DNA of 64,000 nucleotides. It comes from an uncultured Methanomicrobiales archaeon (lineage in GTDB: Archaea; Halobacteriota; Methanomicrobia; Methanomicrobiales; Methanospirillaceae). Positions 20,589 through 30,949 of this stretch are shown here, piece after piece (position 1 is the first letter of the stretch; each line of letters starts with the position of its first letter). A program made the translations under genes and the position numbers. The notes under the pieces are model-generated. The model saw only the letters and a list, made by a program, of their open reading frames with translations. It did not search any database and was not told the origin of the DNA. Location of the stretch: contig OY969100.1 of assembly GCA_963697895.1 (NCBI GenBank), positions 1,216,001 through 1,280,000 on the forward strand, given 5' to 3'.

Positions 20589-21188
20589 TCATTTTCCTTT
20601 CCGGTAGAACCCGAACGGGTCCCGGAAATTGATGAACCCGTGGCTCTTCTGCCGGGGAAAGACCCCTTCTGCAGCGGTCCGCACATCTTCGATCGAGTAG
20701 AACGCCCCCGGCTGGTAGGTGTTCACGATCCCGATCGCCTTCGGCAGGTCCTGGCGCTTGATGATCAGGAAGATGACTTTCACCTTCCCGCTCGCTCCCT
20801 CTGCTTCCATGTTCGTCACCCCGAATCCCTCACCCCTGAGGGCAGCGGCGAGTTCGGTCGCTTCCTTCTGGGTGATGACCCGCAGACTCACCATCCCGAG
20901 CGAGAGGCGCTCCTCAACTTTCATGCCGACGAACGTACCGGTTGCAAACCCGGCACCGTACGCGATATAGGAGGCGGCATTGGTGATGTTCTGCATCACC
21001 TGGCCGATAGCGAGGAGCCAGATGATCACCTCGAAAAACCCGATTACCGGGGCGATGTACTTGAACCCTTTCGAGATGAAGATGACCCGGATCGTCCCGA
21101 GACTGACATCGGCGACCCGGGCGGAGAAGATCAGGAGCGGCAGGATCACCCAGGCAAAGACCTCGTTATTGGCAGTAAGTTCCAGCAC
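20589..21188 (-). CDS. DUF2179/UPF0316 membrane protein
   Basis: IFSARVADVSLGTIR, GFFEVIIW, YGAGFATGTFVG, LRGEGFGVT. Confidence 0.85.
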   Translation of the reverse strand: MLELTANNEVFAWVILPLLIFSARVADVSLGTIRVIFISKGFKYIAPVIGFFEVIIWLLAIGQVMQNITNAASYIAYGAGFATGTFVGMKVEERLSLGMVSLRVITQKEATELAAALRGEGFGVTNMEAEGASGKVKVIFLIIKRQDLPKAIGIVNTYQPGAFYSIEDVRTAAEGVFPRQKSHGFINFRDPFGFYRKGK

Positions 21189-21230
21189 CAGTGGATCACC
21201 GGGAATTTTACTAACAGTATGGGAGCTGAT

Positions 21231-21420
21231 CCGGAATTAAAGGATATGGTGCATCTCTCCCGAAGGAAACAGAATCCGGCCTTCCGGAATTAAAGGATAT
21301 AGGAACTCTCCCGAAGAAACAGAATCCGGCCTTCCGGAATTAAAGGATATGGTGCATCTATCCCGAAGGAAACAGAATCCGGCCTTCCGGAATTAAGGAT
21401 ATAGGCACTCTCCCGAAGGA
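21231..21420. repeat. Intergenic tandem repeat, ~3.6 copies of a 50-53-bp unit in A-B-A-B order
   Basis: CCGGAATTAA(A)GGATAT...TCCCGAAG(G)AAACAGAATCCGGCCTT starts at 21231, 21284, 21334 and 21387 (last copy partial). Confidence 0.9.
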
Positions 21421-21466
21421 CCGATTTAAGAGACAAAGACAATCCTGTCATCCCGGTTTTATCCTT

Positions 21467-22735
21467 TTACAGCCATCCCCGGTACCGCATTGCCTGTACC
21501 ACCCGTTTCACCGCGATCGCATACGACACCTGTCGCATCGGAACCTTGTCCTTCGATGCGACCTCCCAGACCATACGGAAGGTATCGACCATCTTCTTCT
21601 CCATCCGCCGCTCGACCTTCTCCCGATCCCAGTGTTCCATGTTGGCGTTCTGTACCATCTCATAGTATGAGACGACGACCCCCCCCGCATTGCAGAGGAA
21701 GTCCGGTATGATGGGAATGCCCCGCGCCTGGAGGATGCTGTCGGCTTCCGTCGTCACCGGCCCGTTGGCGAATTCGGCAATAACACGTGCCCGGATCCGA
21801 TCCGCATTTTTCGCGGTGATCACGTGTTCCAGGGCGGCAGGGACGAGGATGTCCACATCGAGTTCGAGAAGTGCTTCATTCGTGATCTTCTCCGTACCGG
21901 GGAAGTCACGGACCATCCCGGTCTTCTGTTTGTGTTCCATGACCTTCTGGATATCCAGCCCGCCCGGGTGGTAGATCCCTCCCTGGCTGTCGCTGACCGC
22001 CACCACCCGGCACCCGAACTCCCGCTGCCCGATCAGTGCGGCATGTGCACCGACATTCCCAAAGCCCTGGATGGCGATCGATGCCTTATCCGGTTCCATC
22101 GCAAACTCCTTCGCCGCCTCCCGGAGGACATACCACCCGCCCCGGGCGGTTGCATCATCCCTCCCTTCGGATCCGCCGAGTGACTCGGGCTTTCCGGTTA
22201 CCACCCCGAAGGTTGTCTTCCCCGAGATCCGCGAGTACTCGTCCATCATCCAGGCCATCACCTGTGGATTCGTGTAGACGTCCGGAGCAGGGACGTCTCG
22301 ATCCGGTCCGATGAACTGGTAAATCGCCTGGATATACGCCCGGGAAAGCCGCTCGATCTCCCGCGGGGACATCGCCTTCGGGTTGCATACCACCCCGCCC
22401 TTCGCACCCCCGAGCGGGAGGTCGTAGAGTGCACACTTCCAGGTCATCAGTGCCGCAAGCCCCCGGATGGTATCGATCGTCTCCTCCGGGTGAAACCGGA
22501 TCCCTCCCTTGGTCGGTCCGAGTGCATCGTTGTACTGCACGCGGAATCCCTGGAATGCCCGGATAGTTCCGTCGTCCATGCGGACCGGGATGGATACGTG
22601 GAGTTCCCGCATCGGCATCTTCAGGATCGTCTCCGCATTCGGGGTGATCTGGAGATCGATGGAACAGGCACATATATTCGCTTTCACCATATCGAAGAGG
22701 TTATGGTTATTCACCGGTTTTTGGGGCGCATCCAT
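21467..22735 (-). CDS. gdhA: Glutamate dehydrogenase (Glu/Leu/Phe/Val family)
   Basis: [47 protein letters not shown]. Confidence 0.93.
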   Translation of the reverse strand: MDAPQKPVNNHNLFDMVKANICACSIDLQITPNAETILKMPMRELHVSIPVRMDDGTIRAFQGFRVQYNDALGPTKGGIRFHPEETIDTIRGLAALMTWKCALYDLPLGGAKGGVVCNPKAMSPREIERLSRAYIQAIYQFIGPDRDVPAPDVYTNPQVMAWMMDEYSRISGKTTFGVVTGKPESLGGSEGRDDATARGGWYVLREAAKEFAMEPDKASIAIQGFGNVGAHAALIGQREFGCRVVAVSDSQGGIYHPGGLDIQKVMEHKQKTGMVRDFPGTEKITNEALLELDVDILVPAALEHVITAKNADRIRARVIAEFANGPVTTEADSILQARGIPIIPDFLCNAGGVVVSYYEMVQNANMEHWDREKVERRMEKKMVDTFRMVWEVASKDKVPMRQVSYAIAVKRVVQAMRYRGWL

Positions 22736-22861
22736 GGTACAACCTAACCGAGCCGTTTATTCATAAAGTCTATCGAGAAGAGCGGAATTCTTCGCGGGCA
22801 TTTACCCTTCTGTCGCGACAAGCGGATAAATCCGGAGACCGGGAGAAAAAGGTGAATGTAT

Positions 22862-23710
22862 CTAAATCCGGGAATCGAGGAGATCGCGGATCTTCTCTTC
22901 CCGGTCTCCGGCCTTTGCCTCTGGCGGTGCAAATCGTTCCGAGAAGGTCGGCATCTCTTTTTCATAGAATACCCCGAGGCCGATGGGTGCGTCGGTGTTG
23001 TAATCCCACTCCCGGGATCGCCTGAACGCAGCATTGAAATCCCCTGTATCGTGATCCGTGAGATCGTAGACCAGTTTGTCGTACTGCGCCGACATGTTGA
23101 AGTAGGTCGCACAGATCTGCAACACGTCGATGAACGCAAAGCCCTTGTATCGGACTCCCTTATCAAGAATCTCCTGCAACCCCGGAAGTCGCCGCGTATA
23201 CCCCCTCGCAACGAACCCCGCCCCGCTTGCGAGCATGAGTTCGAGGGGATTGAACGGGAGCTCTTTTGTCCCCTGCGGTGTAGACCGGCCATGGAATCCG
23301 AGCGGTGACGTGGGGGTGTACTGTCCGGTCGTGAGTCCGTAAACCCGGTTATTATGGACGATGAGCGTGACGTCGATATTCCGCTTCGCAGCAAAGATAA
23401 GGTGATCGAGCCCCTCCGCGTAACAGTCCCCGTCGCCTGCACAGCAGATCACCGTGAGCTCGGGCCGGGCCAGTTTGATCGCGGTCGCAACCGGCAGGGT
23501 CCGGCCGTGGATGGAATAAAAACTGTTGATATCCAGATAGTCGGCCATCTTCGCGTGGCACCCGATCCCGGTGACGAGCACGATCTCCTCGAGCGGTGTC
23601 CCTTCTTTCACCATGCCCAGGATCACGTCCTTCAGCTTGTGCTGGATTGAAAAATTCCCGCATCCGGGGCACCAGGTGTTCTGCGCCGCGGTGATCAGAT
23701 CCCCGGTCAT
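22862..23710 (-). CDS. korB: 2-oxoacid:ferredoxin oxidoreductase beta subunit
   Basis: TWCPGCG, GIGC, HGR, GDGD...NNRVYGLTTGQ TPP motif; substrate specificity not established. Confidence 0.85.
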   Translation of the reverse strand: MTGDLITAAQNTWCPGCGNFSIQHKLKDVILGMVKEGTPLEEIVLVTGIGCHAKMADYLDINSFYSIHGRTLPVATAIKLARPELTVICCAGDGDCYAEGLDHLIFAAKRNIDVTLIVHNNRVYGLTTGQYTPTSPLGFHGRSTPQGTKELPFNPLELMLASGAGFVARGYTRRLPGLQEILDKGVRYKGFAFIDVLQICATYFNMSAQYDKLVYDLTDHDTGDFNAAFRRSREWDYNTDAPIGLGVFYEKEMPTFSERFAPPEAKAGDREEKIRDLLDSRI

Positions 23711-25356
23711 GCGATCACCCGTCCGACTTCGGCTTCCAGTTCATCTACGGAGAACGGCCTGCCGTCATACCGGTGTATCTGATCCTGGACGGAGAAGCCA
23801 TACCGCATGATGAGCGTCGCGAGCTGGCCGTTTACATTGTCTTCCACGGCGATCAGGCGTTTCACTCCCTGAAGCGCCGCCCGGAATTGTTCCACCGGGA
23901 ACGGGGTGAGAACGATCGGCTGGATCGCCCGGATTTTTAGCTTTCCGGCGACCTCCCGGCAGACTCCCCGGTTCGAACCCCAGCAGAGCAGGGCAACCGG
24001 AGCGGATGGCGGGCCGGATATCGACACGCCTTCCAGGCCTTTCACGGCCATTTCCAGCGATCGCTCCTTTCTCATCCGCTTCTCGACCATCTTCTTCGCG
24101 ATCTCCTTATTTTCTGTCGTGATCCCGTTTTCGACATGTGTATAACCGTTGGCCTTGATTGCCGCACCCTGCAGGGGAGGAAACCGGGCCGGGGAGACCC
24201 CGGACGGAGTGTCGGCATACCGGTGATACGGGGTTTCCGCGGGCTCGTTCAGTTCCGGTATCCGGTATTCCGGCACCGCTTCCCGGTCGAAGCTGTAGGT
24301 CCCTTCACAGACCGTTTTGTCTCCGAGGATTATCGCCGGCACCTGGTACTGCCAGGCGAGCTGCACGGCGACCGAGGACCAGGTGCATGCCTGTTCCGCA
24401 TCTCCGGGGGCGACAACGAACCGCGGGAACTCTCCCTGGCCGGCATGGAGGACGAAGAAGAGATCGGTCTGGGCGGTATACGTCGGAAGTCCCGTGCTCG
24501 GCCCGGTCCGCTGCCCCATCACCACGACGACCGGAAGCTCGGCCTGACCGGAGAGCGAAAACCCCTCGGTCATCAGGCAGAACCCGCCTCCCGATGTGCC
24601 GACCGCCGTCTTTTTCCCGGCGTATGCAAACCCGAGCGCCATGAGCATGACCGCGATCTCGTTCTCCGGGTGCACGACCGTAAGGGAGAAGGTATCGGCC
24701 TGCTCCGCGAGAAAATGAAGGATGTTTGAGGTCGGGGTCATCGGATACGCCACGTACGCATCCAGCCCGCCCCGGATCATCCCGATCCCGATCGCCTCGT
24801 TTCCCGTAACGGCCGGAAGGGGGGGCCGGTTCAGCGGGGGCACGGCATGGCGCACTTCTGCCGCATCATACCCCCGGCGGGCGACCTTCAGGTTCAGGTC
24901 GGTCGCCTTCGGGAGGTGTTTCCGGAACACCTCCTCGAGGACCTCCCAGGATATCCCCGCGGCGCAGGCGAAAGCACCGATCATACAGGTGTTGGTCATG
25001 ATATCGGGCGCCTGCTCCTCTTTCAGGATCTCATTGACATCCAGCCCAACCCCTTCGGCACTTGCACGGTACGAGTCGTACACGATGACCGTCTCCGGAC
25101 CGGTCACGTCCCGGTGCAGGTCGACGGTGTCCTGGTTCAGCGCGATGATAAAATCGGCCCGGTTCCGGTGAGCTCCGATCTTCTGTTCGCTCGCGCGGAT
25201 GACCGCAAAGTTATGTCCCCCCTTGATGAGCGAGGGGTAATCGAAATACATGTAGGTGTAGTACCCGAGACGGCCGAAGAGACGGGCAACGGTTGCTCCC
25301 GCGACATTGATCCCCTCCCCTGCTTTTCCGCCGATCACCACCGAGATATCCTGCAT
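23707..25356 (-). CDS. korA: 2-oxoacid:ferredoxin oxidoreductase alpha (gamma-alpha fusion) subunit
   Basis: GGKAGEG, YPSLIKGGHN, AYPMTP, ENEIA, TSGGGFCLMTE, QRTGPSTGLPT. Confidence 0.85.
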   Translation of the reverse strand: MQDISVVIGGKAGEGINVAGATVARLFGRLGYYTYMYFDYPSLIKGGHNFAVIRASEQKIGAHRNRADFIIALNQDTVDLHRDVTGPETVIVYDSYRASAEGVGLDVNEILKEEQAPDIMTNTCMIGAFACAAGISWEVLEEVFRKHLPKATDLNLKVARRGYDAAEVRHAVPPLNRPPLPAVTGNEAIGIGMIRGGLDAYVAYPMTPTSNILHFLAEQADTFSLTVVHPENEIAVMLMALGFAYAGKKTAVGTSGGGFCLMTEGFSLSGQAELPVVVVMGQRTGPSTGLPTYTAQTDLFFVLHAGQGEFPRFVVAPGDAEQACTWSSVAVQLAWQYQVPAIILGDKTVCEGTYSFDREAVPEYRIPELNEPAETPYHRYADTPSGVSPARFPPLQGAAIKANGYTHVENGITTENKEIAKKMVEKRMRKERSLEMAVKGLEGVSISGPPSAPVALLCWGSNRGVCREVAGKLKIRAIQPIVLTPFPVEQFRAALQGVKRLIAVEDNVNGQLATLIMRYGFSVQDQIHRYDGRPFSVDELEAEVGRVIA

Positions 25357-25667
25357 CGAATCACCACTCTTCCCATGGGGGAGCCGCGATATAAAAGTTC
25401 CCCGGGATAACCGGGCGGCTCTGACTCCCGCGAAACAGGAGTACCACTGCGATATCCAAAAGGATACGTATATCCGCTCATACAGGAAATTTTCTGCGAT
25501 ACTAACGGAACAGCCCGTATTTTTGCACCTACCGAAAATCCGGGTTGTAGCCGGAGACGACCGTATATCCTGAATAAAATTTTCCGAACAGAGATTGTTC
25601 CCGTTTACCCAAGCCATTCTGAAATTAAAATCCAAAAAATTATTTCTTCCTGCGGCGATTGTTCGAC

Positions 25668-26285
25668 ATGCCGCTGACCCGAAAAGGGTACCTTCTCCTC
25701 GGCCTCATTGTCGCCCTTTTTGCTGCGGTTACCGCGCTCGCCCTTTCGACACCGTTCTATTATACCTCCCCGCTGGGGGTGGCCATCCGGTTGTTCGGGC
25801 TGTACGGGTTTCTCATGATCGCCGTTGCCCTCATGTTGACCCCGTTTCTTTCTGCGGTGTACCGGACCTTCGGCAGGCCCTTCCTCAAAATCCACCATTT
25901 CTTTGCAATATCCGGGATTGTGCTCATCACGCTCCATCCGGTCTCGTTCGCCGTCCTGGTCATGACCCCGGTCGTATTTATCCCCAGTATACAGTCATGG
26001 ATCGATTTCTGGGTCAATGCAGGGAGAGCCGCACTCATTGTCCTCTATGTTGCGGTGATCGCGGTCCTGCTCCGCAGGAGAATCAGGCACTGGAGATATC
26101 TGCATGCGCTGATGTACCTCGTCCTCCTGCTTGCGATCGTCCATGCGAACCTGATCGGCACCGACTTCGTGAACACCGGGATCCGGGTGATCTATGATTC
26201 CCTCTTCATCGGGGTCGTTATCGTCTTCTTGCTCAGTCTTCGGAGGAAACTCTCCCAGAGAACCGCCCGGCACCAGACGAAATAA
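25668..26285 (+). CDS. Ferric reductase-like (MsrQ-type) transmembrane protein
   Basis: About 6 TM helices with spaced His: KIHHFF..ITLHP and WRYLHALMY..AIVHA. Confidence 0.7.
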   Translation: MPLTRKGYLLLGLIVALFAAVTALALSTPFYYTSPLGVAIRLFGLYGFLMIAVALMLTPFLSAVYRTFGRPFLKIHHFFAISGIVLITLHPVSFAVLVMTPVVFIPSIQSWIDFWVNAGRAALIVLYVAVIAVLLRRRIRHWRYLHALMYLVLLLAIVHANLIGTDFVNTGIRVIYDSLFIGVVIVFLLSLRRKLSQRTARHQTK

Positions 26286-26354
26286 GAACTCCGCGATCAG
26301 GGTATCGTCCTGACCGTCAGACTTCTATAGACGGGCGCAGATCATTGAGAACAA

Positions 26355-28088
26355 ATGACCGAAACAGAACCGGGAGCGATCGGTATTCCGCCGGTCCATC
26401 ACCATGATTGCATCATCATCGGCGGAGGACTGACCGGTCTCCGGGCGGCACTCGAGATCTCCGGTGCCGGTTACGATGTCGCCGTTCTTTCAAAGGTCCA
26501 CCCGCTTCGTTCGCATTCCGTGGCAGCCCAGGGAGGGATCAATGCCGCCCTCGGAAATGCCGCTGAGGGGAGAGACGATTCCTGGGAGGCCCATGCGTAC
26601 GATACCGTGAAAGGCTCGGATTATCTTGCAGACCAGGATGCGGTGGCCGTGATGTGCAGGGACGCACCCAGGGCCGTGATCGAACTGGAACATATGGGTA
26701 CCGTATTCTCCCGGGATGAAGAAGGAAAGATTGCGCAACGGCCGTTCGGAGGTGCGGGATTTCCCCGGACGTGTTATGCCGCGGACAGGACCGGCCATAA
26801 TCTCCTCCATACGATCTACGAGCAGCTGGTCTCCCGGAAGATCCCGGTATATGAAGAGTTCTTCGTGACGTCGCTCGTGAAGGAGGATGCCCGGTGCGTC
26901 GGGTGTGTTGCGCTCGAGCTCGTGACCGGCATCCTGCATGCATTCGGATCAAAAGCCACCCTTCTCGCGACCGGAGGGTTCGGCCGGATCTACAACCGTT
27001 CGACAAACGCACTGATCAACACCGGAGAAGGGGCAGCACTTGCATTCCGTGCCGGGGTGCCGCTGAAGGACATGGAATTCGTCCAGTTCCATCCGACCTC
27101 CCTCTGCGGGACGAACATCCTGATCTCCGAGGCAGCCCGGGGTGAAGGCGGCATACTCCTGAACCGGAACGGGGAACGGTTTATGGAGCGGTATGCCCCG
27201 CAGTCTGTGGACCTTGCACCACGAGACGTGGTTGCCCGGGCGATCCAGACCGAAATAAACGAGGGAAGGGGGTTTGACGGGGAGTATGTGCACCTCGACC
27301 TGACGAATCTTGGCGCCGACCTGATCGAGACACGGCTTCCGGGCATCCGCCAGATCTCGATAGATTTTGCATCGGTCGACCCTGTCGACGAACCGATACC
27401 CATACAGCCCGCCCAGCATTATTCGATGGGGGGTATCGATGTGAACGGAGAAGGGGAAACCCTGCTGCCCGGCCTCTACGCCGCGGGAGAATGCGCCTGT
27501 GTCAGCGTGCACGGAGCGAACCGGCTCGGGGGGAATTCTCTCCTCGACACCGTCGTATTCGGGCGGATCGTCGCCCGGAAGATCATCGGGGACATCGCCG
27601 GAAAGGAGGGACCACTGCAGGAACCGCTGTATAGTGGACTGTATGAGATGAAGAAAAATATTGATGCGATACTCTCCCGTTCGGATGGGGAGCTCCTTTA
27701 CCCGATCAGAAATGAGCTGAAACAGACGATGTTCGCCCATTTCGGCATTTTCCGGAGCGAGAAGCAGATGATCGAAGGACTTCGCCGGTTAAAAGGATTG
27801 CAGGAACGGTCCAGGCAGGTGGTGATCCGGAACAAAGGGCGGATATTCAACCAGGCGCTCCTGCAGGTGCTCGAACTCGAGGGTATGCTGCTCCTCGCCG
27901 AGATCGTCGCGAAAGGAGCCCTCGAGCGGAGGGAGAGCAGGGGATCGCATATGCGGACGGATTATCCGAACCGGGACGATACCGGATTCCTGAAGCATAC
28001 CGTAGCCACGGAGGCTGACGGTGAGGTGAGCATAGGGTATGCACCGGTGAGGATGGGGATCTTCAAACCGGAGGAGCGGGTGTACTGA
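26355..28088 (+). CDS. sdhA: Succinate dehydrogenase/fumarate reductase flavoprotein subunit
   Basis: GGGLTG, RSHSVAAQGG (covalent-FAD His), QFHPT, SEAARGEGG, HYSMGG, HGANRLGGNSL, RRESRGSH. Confidence 0.92.
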   Translation: MTETEPGAIGIPPVHHHDCIIIGGGLTGLRAALEISGAGYDVAVLSKVHPLRSHSVAAQGGINAALGNAAEGRDDSWEAHAYDTVKGSDYLADQDAVAVMCRDAPRAVIELEHMGTVFSRDEEGKIAQRPFGGAGFPRTCYAADRTGHNLLHTIYEQLVSRKIPVYEEFFVTSLVKEDARCVGCVALELVTGILHAFGSKATLLATGGFGRIYNRSTNALINTGEGAALAFRAGVPLKDMEFVQFHPTSLCGTNILISEAARGEGGILLNRNGERFMERYAPQSVDLAPRDVVARAIQTEINEGRGFDGEYVHLDLTNLGADLIETRLPGIRQISIDFASVDPVDEPIPIQPAQHYSMGGIDVNGEGETLLPGLYAAGECACVSVHGANRLGGNSLLDTVVFGRIVARKIIGDIAGKEGPLQEPLYSGLYEMKKNIDAILSRSDGELLYPIRNELKQTMFAHFGIFRSEKQMIEGLRRLKGLQERSRQVVIRNKGRIFNQALLQVLELEGMLLLAEIVAKGALERRESRGSHMRTDYPNRDDTGFLKHTVATEADGEVSIGYAPVRMGIFKPEERVY

Positions 28089-28846
28089 TGCTGTTCAAAA
28101 TATTCCGTTCGGACGGTTCGGGAGGGCAGTCGCGATATGACGACTTTTCACTCGCCGCTACTCCCGGCATGACCGTACTGGCTGCGTTGTTTGAAATCAG
28201 TGAGCAGTTTGACGAATCTCTTGCTTTCCGGTACTCCTGCCGGGGAGCCGCCTGCGGCACCTGTGCAATGCTGATCAACAGGGTCCCGCGGCTGGCATGC
28301 AGGACCCAGGTGGCTTCCCTTATCTCCGGAACCGATATCATCAGCCTGAAACCCTTTACGGTGATCGAACAGACGATACCGTGGAATCCGGCAACCGAAG
28401 TCCTTCTCGAGCCGCTCCCGCACCTGCCGGTGATACGGGACCTCGTGGTGGATATGAAACGGTTCTTTGAGTTCTACCTCCTCACCGAACCGGTACTCCG
28501 GCCGGCAGACCCTGCCCCTGATAAGGAGCGGCTCATGAGCCCGTACGATGTCCGGGCACTGGAGACCTACACCACCTGTATCCTCTGTGCCGCCTGCTTC
28601 GGGGCATGCCCCGTGAACGGGCAGAATGCGGAATACTGGGGTCCTGCGGCACTTGCCAAGCTCTACCGGTTTCATATCGATCCCCGGGAGGCGGGAGACG
28701 GATCACGGCTGCTCCGGGCCGATCGCCAGGAGGGATGGTGGGCATGCGAATTCCACGGGAACTGCGCCCGCGTCTGCCCGAAGAATGTTCCCCCGAATAT
28801 CGCGATCGGGAAAGCACGACAGGAGTTGCAAAAACGGAAAAAATGA
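28088..28846 (+). CDS. sdhB: Succinate dehydrogenase/fumarate reductase iron-sulfur subunit
   Basis: SCRGAACGTC...LAC (2Fe-2S), CILCAACFGACP and CEFHGNCARVCP. Confidence 0.9.
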   Translation: MLFKIFRSDGSGGQSRYDDFSLAATPGMTVLAALFEISEQFDESLAFRYSCRGAACGTCAMLINRVPRLACRTQVASLISGTDIISLKPFTVIEQTIPWNPATEVLLEPLPHLPVIRDLVVDMKRFFEFYLLTEPVLRPADPAPDKERLMSPYDVRALETYTTCILCAACFGACPVNGQNAEYWGPAALAKLYRFHIDPREAGDGSRLLRADRQEGWWACEFHGNCARVCPKNVPPNIAIGKARQELQKRKK

Positions 28847-28984
28847 ATATAATCTCAGCACATGCCTGTGGCGGGTGCCCACGTATATATCGGTTCCCGC
28901 GCTATCCCTGCATATGACGGGGGTAACCATGACCGACCGGGGGGGGCACAGTTGATAATACCGGGCATGATCGCGATCGGTGGA

Positions 28985-30517
28985 ATGGCAATGATTGCCG
29001 TATCGCTGGTAGCAAAGAACAGTCCCCGCGAAGACGAAATCGATGCGATCATCCAGCGTGATTCCGGGCAACTTATCACCGCTCTGCAGGAGCTTGTCCG
29101 GATCCGGAGCGTAGCGGGTGATCCCGCACCGGACGCACCCTTCGGGCAGGGCCCGGCGGAAGCGCTCCGGAAGGCCCTCGAAATAGCGGCAGGTCTCGGG
29201 TTCAGAACGGTGAATCTGGATAACTACATCGGGTATGCAGAATATGGTGCCGGGGACGAGTATGTCGCCGTCCTCGGACACCTGGATACCGTCCCCGTGG
29301 GAGGGAACTGGACGCATGCACCGTTCGGAGGAGAACTGACTGAAGATCGTATCTACGGCCGGGGGGCGCTCGATGACAAGGGACCGGTTCTTGCTGCCCT
29401 TTTCGGGCTGAAGGCGGTAGTGGAGAGCGGCCTTTCCCTTTCCCGGAAGGTACGGGTGATCTTCGGCACGAACGAGGAGACCGGGAGCCTTGACGTCCGG
29501 CATTATCTCTCTGTCGAAAAGCCGCCGGTAACAGGATTTACCCCTGATGCCGACTTCCCGGTTGTTTTTGCCGAGAAGGGGATCCTCTGGATCGTGCTGG
29601 AGAAGACCCTCGCCCCCTCGTACTCCGGCCCGGTGCTTCGGAGGATGAGCGGGGGGATCGCGGTGAATATGGTCCCGGATGCAGCTTTTGCCGAATTACA
29701 GACGGAGAATGCAGAGGATCTCATGCAGAAGTGCGAGGATTTCTCCCGGAGTACCGGATATCACCTTCACGCCCGGCAGGAAGGAGACGGGGTGGTAATC
29801 CGGTCGGAAGGGCTGAGCGCCCATGCCTCGACCCCGGAGAAGGGAAAAAATGCGATCATGCAGCTCATCGCCTTCCTCGCAACACTGGACCCGGGGTATT
29901 CCGATGCGTTCGATGCGATCCGGTTCTTTGACCGGTGCATCGGGAAGGAGACGACCGGGAGATCGTTCGGGCTCGGGATCTCCGATATGCGTTCCGGAGC
30001 ACTCACCCTGAACGCCGGCCGGATCGAAGTAACCGATACCCGGTTCAGCTTCACCCTCGATATCCGGTACCCGGTCACGTTCCACCGGGAGGCAGTGATG
30101 GACCGGGTGAAGATCGCGATCCGGAGGAGCGGTTTCTCTGTTTCCATCGAAAAGTACGATCCCCCGATCTATCACCCCGTGGATTCGCCGCTCATAGAGA
30201 CCCTCCTGGAGGTATACCGGAGCTGCGAGGGGGACAAGTCCCCACCGGTCGCGATCGGGGGCGGTACCTATGCGCGGAGTCTCCCTCATATCGTTGCGTT
30301 CGGCCCCTATCGTCCCGGCCAGGAACTCTCCATCCATTCCCGGGATGAATTCATCACCCGGAACGAGTTGATCGCCGATGCACGGATCTATGCCCATGCC
30401 ATCTATGCGCTCGCAAAAGGCCTTCCCCCGACAGAGAGCGGGATGATATCCGGAGAAAAGGACGAAACGGCCGAAATGCCGGTTGAGCCGGTGGATAACC
30501 AGACACCCGAACCGTGA
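28985..30517 (+). CDS. pepV: M20 family dipeptidase, PepV-like (start uncertain, 28862-28991)
   Basis: LGHLDTVP, GRGALDDKGP, GTNEETG, FTPDADFP, SAHASTP, GGGTYAR. Confidence 0.85.
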   Translation: MAMIAVSLVAKNSPREDEIDAIIQRDSGQLITALQELVRIRSVAGDPAPDAPFGQGPAEALRKALEIAAGLGFRTVNLDNYIGYAEYGAGDEYVAVLGHLDTVPVGGNWTHAPFGGELTEDRIYGRGALDDKGPVLAALFGLKAVVESGLSLSRKVRVIFGTNEETGSLDVRHYLSVEKPPVTGFTPDADFPVVFAEKGILWIVLEKTLAPSYSGPVLRRMSGGIAVNMVPDAAFAELQTENAEDLMQKCEDFSRSTGYHLHARQEGDGVVIRSEGLSAHASTPEKGKNAIMQLIAFLATLDPGYSDAFDAIRFFDRCIGKETTGRSFGLGISDMRSGALTLNAGRIEVTDTRFSFTLDIRYPVTFHREAVMDRVKIAIRRSGFSVSIEKYDPPIYHPVDSPLIETLLEVYRSCEGDKSPPVAIGGGTYARSLPHIVAFGPYRPGQELSIHSRDEFITRNELIADARIYAHAIYALAKGLPPTESGMISGEKDETAEMPVEPVDNQTPEP

Positions 30518-30673
30518 AATATAACAGGCGAAAAGGATTCGATTATTGTTTCTCCGTTTCCCCGGCATGATTTTCCTAGGGGAGAAATTTTAGGGTATGC
30601 CCGAAGGGGTTTTCGCGAAAAAGGACGAAGGAATGATTTCCCTGAAGATGGTCTTCCCGAACGGGAATGGGTT

Positions 30674-30949
30674 TTATTTCTTTAATGTCCGGATCCGGTC
30701 CACTTCTTCCTGGCACGGGATCTTCAAAAGGAACGTGCCGTGACAGGGTTTTGTATACGGGAGGATCAGCGAATCCCCTTCGATCCCGATCAGGATCGGC
30801 GGCTGGCCGATGAGATAGCTGTCGAAGACCTTCTCCCCGATCGGCAACTCGCGGAATTCCGTGTAATGTTCCCGGATATAGTCCCTGCATTCCTTGAACG
30901 AGACATTTTTCAGGACGACCTCGTACCTCAGAGATTCGATACAACCCAT
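30674..30949 (-). CDS. DUF1894 family protein
   Basis: MGCIESLRYEVVL...PPILIG...PYTKPCHGTF, adjacent to DUF1890 as in methanogens. Confidence 0.8.
   Translation of the reverse strand: MGCIESLRYEVVLKNVSFKECRDYIREHYTEFRELPIGEKVFDSYLIGQPPILIGIEGDSLILPYTKPCHGTFLLKIPCQEEVDRIRTLKK

Noticed and set aside
21231-21420. Possible mini-CRISPR array
   Set aside because: The variable parts are only ~7-10 nt and alternate A-B-A-B rather than being unique 30-40-nt spacers; no cas genes in the window.
26355-28846. Thiol:fumarate reductase tfrAB
   Set aside because: The B subunit lacks the C-terminal CCG domains characteristic of TfrB.
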